Below, piece after piece: positions 25,286-36,900 of a stretch of DNA of 64,000 nt (position 1 is its first letter; each line of letters starts with the position of its first letter). The notes below the pieces were generated by a model. That model ran no database searches and was not told the origin of the DNA. It saw nothing but the letters and a program-made list of their open reading frames with translations. The DNA lies in contig OZ037767.1 of assembly GCA_964035545.1 (NCBI GenBank), positions 2,429,680 to 2,493,679 on the forward strand, in the 5' to 3' direction. The DNA is from Bugula neritina (taxonomy: Eukaryota > Animalia > Bryozoa). Both the position numbers and the translations under genes were made by a program.

Positions 25286-26331
25286 ATAAAGCCATTCTAT
25301 AACGTAAAATGCACCAAATTTCATGAAATCATTCATATGTTGAATATAATATGAATCTACTATTTTTAAAGCTTAAAAAATCAATGCCAAGGAAAAGCCT
25401 CACTCAACAGTTAAATATGCTTAAACTAAGACCTATTGGTGCAATTCACATAGAAGTAATTGTTCATGCTACAAATATCTAGCAGTCTGCTCTATCTCAA
25501 ATTGTACGATAAAAACTAAGCCATTGTGTCATCATTAACATATTGTTTGAAACAGAAATTCAGAAGAGTTTTGATTATATTCATATTGGTCTTAATAAAA
25601 TAAGAACATGCTACTTATGTGGTATATGGCTGAATATATAGATACTGTGACATTTAAAGTTAGAGATCATTATTAATTATTATTATAATATATGGAAATT
25701 AGGTTGGCTTATGCACATCACAGCCACAATCTTTTAGCCTGGGAGTAGATTATTTTTAGATTAATGAGATTTACAGTTAGCTACACTTACTAGGAATATA
25801 AACACAGGTTGACCTGAGGCTAAGTTGAAGCAAATGCTTATTTCTAGCCACATCATTAATTTAGATGTCAAATTTTAACTCATTCAAACTCATTCTTAGT
25901 CTTACTGCACTGTCATATAGCACACATAATGAAAGAGTTAAATCAAACTTGACTGTAATACAATTTACCAAATTCTCAGACTGATGCAATAAAAGTTTTG
26001 CTAGTTTATTCTTGTAAACAAATCCAAAAGTAGTAATAAAATTTTTGAGGGGGGGGAAAGTTTTAACATAAAAGTAAAGAACTATAAAAATAAAACCGAG
26101 GGACAGAATAATATTAAGTCAAAACTCAGCTCCTTAATGCACTGCAAAAACCTATCTTGAGAGGTTAGAATAAAATAATATATAATTAAGTAGAATTAAA
26201 ATCTTAAAAGTGTTGCATATAAAAAATTTCTTTTGCCGCAGTCAGTGACTCAGTGGAGCAAATATGGCACAAATTTGAAAGTAGAAACTAGTAAAAATTG
26301 AGTAAATATTAAAGCAGACTACATCATTCGA

Positions 26332-29300
26332 CTACTCATCAATTTGAAGTTCAGTTTCAGAAAATAAACAATCACAAAGACTACTGAAGAACTGAGCAAT
26401 ATCTTCTCTTGAGTCTGACGTTGGGTATATTGGGAGACAAAATGGATTTAGAGCTTCTGCTACTAAAGGTGGAAACCTTGACGCTATGTCTTCGAGGTTA
26501 TCTTGATTGGGCGATAGAATTGGTCGAATATTACACATCTGATGAAAATGAATAGCCAACTGCAACTCATACATTGAATCATCATGACTTGAGTATTCAT
26601 TGTCTGGCATAAGAAGCAGGACTGTGTCTGACTCACACATATATTTTGTCACCATGTCATTTGTGCATTCCCCGGGAAGAATGTCCCACCGCGATCTCAA
26701 CTGCATATCCTCGGGAAAGTTTTCACTCTGTGCGAAACTCCATATGGCAAACGCTATTGCTGATTGGACCTCACAACTCGTACAAAAACTCAAATATAAT
26801 TTATTTATAGAATAAGCATTTACTTGGCCCTGTTTCCCTATACAACAGATCATTCTCCGTAAACCAAATCTAATTCGCCATTGAAATCGGCGAAAGATAA
26901 AAAACCCAACGACAACGAAAAATATAAAAACAGCGCCTAGGCCAACTGCTAAGCCAATGACTAAAAATAAATCTGGATCAGGTTCTTTATCACAAGAATG
27001 TTGTGATGTACATTGACTCAAGTTACTACCACTCTCTTGACATTTCATGTCAAACAAGACAAACTTTGATTCTAGCAGCCATTCAACATATTGCCTCTCG
27101 CTAGAATTGCAGGCGCAGAGACAAGAAATGGGATTGCTACGGAGATCAATTATGAATTCTGATACTCTATTAGAATGACTGGTCAGAACTGCTTGCATTT
27201 CTCGTGATAAATGGCTTATTTGATTTTTAAAAAGACTGAGGTTTTGAAGGTTGAAAGGTAATGTTATATTCAAATATTTAACTTGGTTGTGGGCAGCAGA
27301 AAGTGAGTTTAAGTTTGGAAACATTCTATTCAGATCCAACGTCAAATTATCAGAGTGAAAAGTTACACTGAGTCTCTTCAAATTAAAATGCTCCACATCG
27401 TGAAACAAAACATTCTCAGCTTCAATCAGATTCAGTTCAACTAGTTGAGGAAACCAATTTAACAGATGGCCTAAATTGAAGCATTTGCTGCTATCACCAA
27501 ATTTTAAATCCTTTGCATTAATACTTCTAACTTGATAGAAACCTGAAATGTTGGAACAATCGCAATCTCCGGGCATATTATTTCCTGAAATATCCAGGCT
27601 AGTTAACCTATTGGTTGGGTGAATTTGACACACGTTTTCAATATTGAGGGGATATTTAGTGGCGCGTGACGTGAGATTCTCTAACCTCGGAGGTAACCGG
27701 AAACCATGATGTTTCTCGCCTGGTTCAATACCAGTAGTGTCTGTGTCAGGAAACAGATGTTTATCGGCCGATAGAAACCACGGATGATAAAGTGAGGAGG
27801 AGTGAGAACATGACAATGATGTTATTCCACGATCAAAATAAGAAATATCCAATGATTCCAAATACTTCAAACCCAAACTTGTGTAATTCAAAATTGTCTG
27901 AATAAAATTGAGACTGAATTTATTCTTTGATAAATCCAGCGCTCGTAAATATGGGAAAGTTAAGTTGTTGAAGGTAGGCATTTTATTTGTAGCCTCCCAA
28001 ACTAGAGTGTTACCAGATAGTGAAAGAGCAGTGAGATTATATACTGTGGGCGGCTTTGTGTTATCACACTGAAAGGTTCGATAATTGTTGGAGAATGAAG
28101 AATCTTGATCCATGATGGCCACTCTCAAAGTATCAGGAAATATACATCTCAAATTCACGAAATCTAAAAAATAAAAGTATGAAATAAAAATTTACAGAAA
28201 AATGGTACAGTCAATTCTATCATTTTAATTATATAAATGAGTCAAGTATGCACCAAGTAGATGCACAAGTATCTTACCAACTGCTAACAAACAAATCTAT
28301 GCAACTTGGGAGAAAAGAGATAAAATGAATAAGATTGTATTTGACTTTACAGATAATTTTATCACTTTTCCTTCCATATTTAGAGAAATACAAACATACA
28401 ATATGTTATAAATGTCTGGTGAGTTGAACTTATTTAATTTAGACAAATAAACTTTCATGTAAGTGTGAGTCATACTACATGTGTGAGTTATACTATATGT
28501 GTGAGTCATACCATATGTGAGTGAGTCATACTATATGTGAGAGTCATACCCTATGTGTGAGTCATACTATGTGTGAGTGAGGCATACTATATGTGTGAGT
28601 CATACTATGTGTGTGAGTTATACTATATGAGTGAGGCATACTATATGCGTGAGTCATACTATATGTGCGAGTCATACTATGTGTGTGTCATACTATATGT
28701 GTGTGAGTCATACGATGTGTGAATTATACCATATGTGAGTCATACTATATGTGTGTGAGTCATACCATATGTGTGAGTCATACTATATGTGTGAGTCATA
28801 CTATATGTGTGAGTCATACTATATATATGCTAGCCATACAATTTGCATGAGTCATACTTAAGTTGAAAGTGCAGGAGATATCCAAGTAGACAACAGAGTG
28901 GAGTAATTGTGAAAGGCCTGGCAGTAAGTAGTTCCCATTATCTAGTCCGCCACACTGCCTGAAGGACACCCTGGTGAGGTTAAGGGAAGACAGTGCTGCC
29001 AGATTACTACTCTCAGAGAGCTTACAGGAAGTGCCGCCTAGCAACACAATAACAAAACTTATATTAAAACTTGATATACAATATAGATATTACTAGTTTT
29101 TAAGCTTTGTCTTCCCTAAGTAGGATGAGGGCTCTTACAGCTGTAATAGATATTATAAGGAAAGGAGGCAAATCCCGACATGTTGCAACTGTGTTCAATA
29201 TATCAATGCATAATTAACATTTTAATACAAAACAGTATGTACTGATAGGCTAATACTAGAATTTTTAAACTCATGCATTCAACTATAGCCTCACTTCAAA

Positions 29301-31664
29301 TTATTTTTCACCATTAAAATTTTCCTGCACTATTATTAAGCAAAAAACCCACTGATGTTAATTACCACAGTGCAAGCATATATTTTAAAATGCAAAAAGA
29401 CAGATATATTAAAAAACATCATTTAACCTTACTCACCAAATAGTATAATATCCTTCTGGTGTGCACATTTCATATCAAATATTTATTAAACTTACTCTAA
29501 TGATACAATATAGTGCAAGACCTCTAAAGACTTAATATATATAAGATGCGATAACGAGCTTTAACAAAGTGTGCAGCTGGCATAACGTAGCCTATAAACC
29601 AACCGAGATTCAGTATAGAAAGTTTGGTGAGGTTAACCAGCCCGTCCATAACAACAGATCCTGTGACATGCAGCTCTTTCAGATTACGAGAGAGACTTCG
29701 AATGCTCTCTGGGCCAAGAGTCAGATTTCCTCTGCAATGTAACACAATGTGCATGCTAGAGGGGACATAACTTCCTCTACTACCAGGTGTGTAGGAAATG
29801 TTTATTGCTGGTAACAGCATTGCACAGACAATATGCCTACTGCTAGTAGGTAACAATAGTCAGTAAAATGTTTATACCTGTGATGTTCATTAATTTAATA
29901 AATACTAGCAACGGTGGTGTTTGTAAGCCAACATAACAGTAGCAATAGTATGATGCAATTATTATTTCAAATTATTTTCTATTTCATATCAGTTCAAATA
30001 TCGATTTACTGCTTTTGTAATTCTTCAGATTGGAAAATAATTTCCATGATCGCCAGAGTTGTTATAGCAACAGATTTGACACAACTAAAGTAATATACAG
30101 CCCATATGTAGGTATGAGACGTACTCAGTACAACTAAAGTAATATACAGCCAATATGTAGGTATGAGACATACTAAGTATAACTAAAGTAATACACAGCC
30201 CATATGTAGGTATGAGATGTACTCAGTACAACTAAAGCAATACACAGCCCATATGTAGGTATGAGACGTACCTAGTACATTTAGCAGCGTGTGGAGATTG
30301 AGATAGTGCTAATACTTCTAAATTATCCAATCCTTGAAAAGCTGTGGTAGAGAAAGTATGTGAACCATTGTAGCAGGGGAGATTGTCAGTCATATTCAGT
30401 AGCTTCAACTCCTGAAAAGCTTCTGAATTAAAAGTATCCTTGAATATACGTCTACAATAGTACAAGTCTGCAATTATTGCACACGAAATATAAGATCCAA
30501 CTCCCAATTACCTGCATTATCTAAACTATGCATAGTAAATATTTAATAACTCCAGTGATCAAAGGTCATTAGTGTTACTGAAAGTCCTCTGAAGGTCAAA
30601 GGTCAAAGTATGGAATAATCTAGTGTTTAAAGATTATACAGCCTAGTCAAGCTAAACTTTCTTCCTAGTAACTTATAAAAAGATTTCCATGCTGTATGAA
30701 CACATCTTATATTTGGACAGGAAGAGGACAAAGTTAGATCACATCTTCAAACATGAAAATAATGCATGAAAACAAAATTACTATTTACTAGAGCTTTTTA
30801 TGTTCATCATAGACTCAAATCGACAGCAACTAGTAACACCCTGAATAGAATAAGCCGAAGTTTACCAGTACTAGTAGTGCTCCAATTACACACTTTAGTG
30901 AGTTGATGAAATGACTCACACAGTCAGTGTTATCAGAGTGATTAAATTACGATTAGGCAAGAACTTGAATAATAGACTTACTGGATGTGGTTAGAACTTA
31001 AATCCAAACTTCGAAGATTCATAGAGCTGTTTCCAAACCAGGTCAAGTTCTCTGCAAAGTGTTGGAGCGAACGAATGTCACAGTTGCTAAGGTCAACATG
31101 AATGCCCCCTGTGTCATCACTAAATAGTCTAGACGAAGTGCATGAGCAACAGCAGCCATCCTCAGGAATACAAAGGCTCCCGACCCACAGTTCTTTCAGA
31201 GTATGTTTATTGCACTGAGGCTAGAAAAATTATACAATTTGATATCCTGATTTGATAATTGTACTTTTACTGATGAAAAATAAACAACACGCAATATACC
31301 ATGTTTCAGTATAATTATTATCTATAATTTGCAAAAGTGTTTACTGGCATTGATGTTGGCTGTATGTATCTTGTATAACATTATACTCCTCAGTTCTTAA
31401 AATAGGGAGTTGTCTGCCATAAATGGGCGATTTACTCAAATCAAATTTAAAGGCAAATTTATAGCTGTATCCAGTGTGGCAGGTCATAGATGTTTACCAT
31501 GCAGAAGCTATTTCATCCAAAATATAATATGACAATAATAACTATAATAAAATACATCAAGTTTTATTTAGACATTAAGGACTAAATACCTTGCATGGTG
31601 AATCTGTTGTGGTAGACAAAGAGTTTGAAAGACCAACGAATAAGATTAACAGCAGGTGAAGCAT
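26332..31664 (-). CDS. Toll-like receptor (signal peptide, LRRNT, LRRs, single LRRCT, TM, TIR), about 877 aa, 6 coding exons
   Basis: Exons 31590-31664 (signal peptide MLHLLLILFVGLSNSLS), 30982-31220, 30272-30451, 29604-29731, 28858-29037, 26332-28163. They are phase-consistent and sum to 2634 nt. LRRs include LRSLDLSSNHIQRI, LRALDLSKNKF, LTSLDISGNNM and LQNLSLFKNQISHL. LRRCT is DLRSNPISCLCAC..WL..C, TM is LFLVIGLAVGLGAVFIFFVVVGFFIF, and TIR boxes are LYLSF, RWDILPGE, MYELQLA and AQFF. Confidence 0.9.
28460..28857. repeat. Roughly 18-22-bp minisatellite (GTGTGAGTCATACTATAT) in TLR intron 5, rich in TGAGTCA
   Basis: About 20 degenerate units. About 13 carry the perfect TGAGTCA heptamer, and the array abuts and includes the donor A|GTATGACTCA at 28857. 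Confidence 0.9.
30082..30275. repeat. 49-bp tandem repeat x4 at the TLR exon 3 donor
   Basis: Units start at 30082, 30131, 30180 and 30229 (CAACTAAAGTAATATACAGCCCATATGTAGGTATGAGACGTACTCAGTA). The last unit runs into the real donor at 30271. Confidence 0.9.
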
Positions 31665-32805
31665 CTCACCAATCTTTATAAATATATCGCCATGGTTGAG
31701 AAAATCAGATCAGCAACAAGAAGATGACTCCCAATTAGCCCATAACTTCACTTCACCAAGCCAATCGATCTATAAAAGGCATGTTTGTGCTTTAACGAAA
31801 AATAAAATACAGCATAATTATTGATAATAATAATTGATAATACAATTTTATAATTATCAAGTGAATAAACTTAAATTATTGTAATAGATTACCTTATAGT
31901 GTTACTACTATAATTGAAAATTGTTAAGCTTAATCATAATGATAATCATAAATTTATCATATTGAGTTATTCATAGCGAACTATGAAGTGATAATGATAT
32001 TCATAATGATAATCAAAAGTTTATAAATATAACAACTGTACATCCCACCTATTCTAATAACGATTCTCTGTAGGCGTAGCAATAGAACTAGACGTAGTTC
32101 AATTTCAATTTGAATTTCGGTTTCTAATTAATTTTTATCCCATGCACCTGTAGCGTACAAAACATTTGAAACTGTAAATCAATTTTTCGTCATAGCTTCA
32201 GTTAACGTCATTGTTAAAGCTACAGTCACAGTGACAGAGTTCAAAACTAAATCTAATTCACTAATACTAATACTAATACTAATACAAATAGTAATAGTAA
32301 TAGTAATAGTAATTCATAATTGAGAGAGGAGAAATGGAATCAGAATGTATTGTTATACTTATAGTTATTATAACTGTTATTCCATACCAAATCAGTGAGA
32401 AGAATAGCGATAGAAACAGCACCGGGTGCATTGGTTCAGAAGTCTCAAGTTCAGAGTTGAGGGTTTCAACTATAACGTCAACTTTATATAAATACTGTAA
32501 TTAGTCACTCCTAACTTTCTGTTGTTTCTAGCGATATTCTAATATAAATATGAAATGCGGATTTGTGCATAGTTTGAGTTCTAGTAGATATAGGCAGAGG
32601 GGAGAGAGATGTTACCTGCTTGAAAAATATGGTAATTGCACTGCACATATTGACGAATCAAAATTTGTAAACCTAAGCTAAGCAAAAGAAGGAAGTTTAC
32701 GATAGAAGTGGAATAGACAGCAATAAAGCAAATTCGCTAGAATTATCGCTATTTCAATTCTTTAGTGAACATCTGTCTTTAAAATAAACTCGCTCATACA
32801 GCTAA

Positions 32806-32891
32806 GGCTCCGTGGCGCAATGGATAGCGCGTCGGACTTCTAATGGTTAGATGTTATTCGGAGGTTGTGGGTTCGAGTCCCACCGGAGTCG
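32806..32891 (+). tRNA. trnR-UCU: tRNA-Arg (anticodon TCT) with a 13-nt intron
   Basis: Acceptor stem GGCTCCG/CGGAGTC plus G discriminator, D arm GCGC-AATGGATA-GCGC, and anticodon stem TCGGA/TTCGG with TCT at 32839-32841. Intron ATGGTTAGATGTT (32843-32855) sits at the canonical 37/38 position. T arm is GTGGG-TTCGAGT-CCCAC. Confidence 0.95.
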
Positions 32892-32898
32892 AGCAACA

Positions 32899-32905
32899 TT
32901 TTTTT
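32899..32905 (+). terminator. RNA polymerase III oligo-T terminator of the tRNA-Arg gene
   Basis: T7 run 7 nt after the discriminator base. Confidence 0.85.
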
Positions 32906-33993
32906 GTGAAAATGTTTATCACAACCTTATTTTATCACGAGAAACGATATCTGAATTAGGGGAGCCGGCTTGAACAGAGGATACAAAGATCCTAAAAGTG
33001 CCCACTCATCAGAATCTGCTCTCAGCGTTGCTGACAAAATCCGGAAATGCAAGCCAATATTATAGTCAGAACTATCAGAACTACTAGAAGGCTACTTATG
33101 GCTCAAGTACCTGCCTAATTGAAAAAAGTTTAGGCTCCAAAAGTTTCTGATTTTCCTTAGGGGCGAACTTGCTAAATCAACAAGTATGGTAAATGTTTTA
33201 AATCAAAGGGTAAATTGTGTAATTATCTGTTGTCCACATATTCAATTCCTCAGAATGATAGACACAACCAGTTGGCAGTGGAATTCAGCTGGTTGTATCT
33301 AATAAGAACAGACTAGCGTTTGCCCATATTTCACATTTATATCCCCGACTTGTAAAGAATTACGCTATTCCTCTTCCTCAACCAATCACAGTGAACCAGT
33401 CTAAAAAACGACTGTCAAACTTGCACTATGTGTAAGTACAAAATTTAGCATTCTTCACATAACTGTGTACTGAAGCTTAAATATGCTGCCTCAACAACAG
33501 CAGCCTTGTGTACTCTTGAGGCTCATACAGAGAACAAGAATTATAAAAATAACTAGGTTAAATGACAGCACCAGAAAAAAATTTCCAAAGCCCAACTTCA
33601 ATATTACAGTGTACTTAAATCATAAGATACTTTATGCAACAATTTTATGATGTAAAATCTGAAAATTTGAATTGCGGCTAAGATTATTTGCATGTAAGGC
33701 CTTGCTTTAATAAAATACTGAAGTATAATTTATTGTAAAATGTTAGAAAGAAATATAAGAGGGACAAAACAAACAGGACTATTCAAAAAATATAACAAAA
33801 TTGCATATCTGGGTGACAGATACAGTATGACTGGTAGGTATTTTACATTGGCACAGTCACAACCAGTGAGCGGATATTTCTAATCAACCAATAGACACAG
33901 AATATTGCTACAAAATGTACGTATACTGCATACTACATGAAATGACACACAAATAGTACAGTTATGTTTTGATTGCTGCAGTTGGGAGATATG

Positions 33994-36900
33994 TTAGGCG
34001 GGGCGTTTGATGACGTGCATGTAGTAGGCGGGGTCTTTGGTCGAGTCATCCATAGGCTGAAAGTCAGCGTAGATGTGGTGTTCGGCATCAGCTCCAAACA
34101 CACTTCTGAGTAAACCATTGAACGTCTGCAGACGGTGAGGGTAATAGGAGAGGCGGAACTTCCAGCATCTGAGAGTAAGCAGCAATATTACTCAACTGTG
34201 TAATGATATATAATACAGTAATGATATCTAATATAACAGTAATATATAATATAGTAATGCTATATAATATAGTAATATATAATATAGCAATAATATATAA
34301 TATAGTAATGTTATGTAATATAGTAATGATATATAATATATTAAATATATATAATATAGCATATCCATAATACAGTAACATGATACATCTATAATATAGT
34401 AATATGGTATATATAATATATTAAAATAGCATATCTATAACATAGAAATATGCCTGTGATATCATATAGAAATAGTTTGGTATTAGTTCGTTATTTTAGT
34501 TTCACCTTGTTACATTGCATAGAAGCACTTTTATTTAAATAATATATTGTATGCGATACATACTAACATATTTCATATACAGTGATATATCCACAGCATA
34601 AATTGACTTGATGAGAAATAATATGGCATGAAAACTTAGGTATGAATACATTCAAAGCCTTGTAGCGTTAGACGTCAACGATGCTAGGAGGTGAAACATT
34701 GTGTATAAACTGCTTGGTACTAAAACTTGATTGAAAAGAGGGCGATATGACCCAATACTGACACTTGTTCAGCAGGGTCTATCCTCAACTTGGTCAGTAT
34801 GTCTGGTTCCACGTTGTGTATGTCCATCTCGTAGTCAAAGGTCGTCATCGTCGGCTTCCCATTTACTGTGAGATTGGAGCATTTTATGTCTTTTAAAAAT
34901 TTGCCCTTCAAAAAAACCACAAAACAGCTCATTGTTTGAGAAGTCGTGACAAAAACTTCTTGTTTTATATGACAAATCATGAACATATTGGTATGCTACA
35001 ATTATAATAACATGTGTATACACCTAGCAGGAGCAGACAACTTTTAAACAAAACAGATTAAAATAAATAGGCCACGCCTACAACCTTTACATGATAAGAT
35101 TTTCAACTGTCTGCAACTGGTAAGAGAAATAATGAATAAACAGAACATGACTGGTCATTGCTGCCTGCTTCCGCATCAATGGGTTGTCATGACAACACTG
35201 GGCAGTGCAAAAGGCAAGTTCTCACTTTTTACAACAATTAAAAGTAGAGTGAATCTTCATAACAATATTTATAATGCTGCACACTACATGCATTTAGCAA
35301 AACATGTCAATAACACTTTCTATTTGTTCTACATCATATAAGCACTAATACAAATATAAGCATACAAAGATGACAAATACTCTTAATTGGAAATCACTCC
35401 CTGAAAAGAAAGCAATTCTATTTGAATTACAACTTTTTCTACACAAACTTGCAGCTAGCCAGAGTATAGAATCAGTTCTATAGCGCAGGCTCTACTCAGC
35501 TCACCTGATAGTAAACATTGGGGCCCTGAGGCACGCACCCGTGGTCCAGGATGTAATCAAAGTTGCGGTGATCGATGAACAGTATTCCACCGGGTTTCAG
35601 CATCGAGTAGAACTGGGAGATGGCGACCTTGTGCTTCTCCAGATTACCTGGAATAGACAACACATGACTAATCACCAACAGACTATGAGCGGGACATCCT
35701 CGAACCCAACCTCTACACCATACCGAGGAGTGACCACATGTTCCCCAGTAACAGTATGCACCAAATTAACATTTGAAGTCAGCTCTTATAATATTTTCAT
35801 GGTCGCTGCTGCATAGAAAGGTTTCTGGCATTTTCTCTGGTTGGTTGCGTCACTCCAACACCAAGAACCAGCTTATAGCATATATCTATAGGCAAGCAAA
35901 TCCCTGGTTACATTATAATAGTCTGTAGCTGTAGGAGCTTGTGGAATATAACTGTCATTGCATAACTGTAGATTGTATTGGCACATGCCCCCTCCCCAGG
36001 AGCGAAATTTCATTGCTAAGGTTTCCCAGGCCAGTAGGTAGAAGCATTGTTGTGTGCAGATGCTACAAGAGGTTGAATTTGAAATTTCAATGCCTTTTCA
36101 ATAAATGACAAGAACTGGCCTAGTTCTGCATGCATCAATATGTGACAGGCTATTTGCATATAATAGATTGATAGCTGGATAAATATTAGGGAATATATCA
36201 TAACCTTGCTAAAGGTCATTCAAATGTTTACCAAAGCGCTGATAGAAGTAGTAGCAATCTACCACCAGTATCCTGTTACATGACATGCTCTAGTTATTGT
36301 AGCGTTCCAGTTGTTTACTCTTTCTATCCAGCACTCTCAACTAACCAATCAACATTTCATTTGTTGACCAGCAACTGGCATTAAATTGTTATAATTTAAA
36401 AATGTGTTTTAGTGTATTTATTCAGACCTTTATATTTTCAACACAAGTTAACCTGGAAACATGCCAATATTAATTTTAATATCAATATTTCAATACCAAT
36501 AAGTTCTGGTAAAGAGTAACTTTAAATTTTAAAAAGTAAATAACACTTACTATCAGTAAATAAATTATCTCCCCACAACAAATTAATTTGCGGTAAACTG
36601 GGGTTAAATAAATTTAATTTGCGCCAAACAACCTACAACTGATCAAAATTAATGCAGCAAACCATGTAACGTTACGTCTCCAGATTGTATTCCTACCAGC
36701 AGACAGTGGACAGGCGAATCCTACTAAACATTACGTTTCCACAACAACCCTAGTTGACCAAGTTACTATGTGTATCAGTTAATGACTTGTTTACATAACT
36801 GGGGCAAGTTTTGTTTACCAACTGGAAACGCTTTTAGCTGTCTGGCAGACTGCCAAATGCTCAGCAGTCACACTGGGAGCTCTTGCAGACGTTAGAAGAG

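Noticed and set aside
35688-35740. tRNA-like fragment (GGTTCGA) on the minus strand in a GNMT intron
   Set aside because: No cloverleaf; at most a decayed SINE head.
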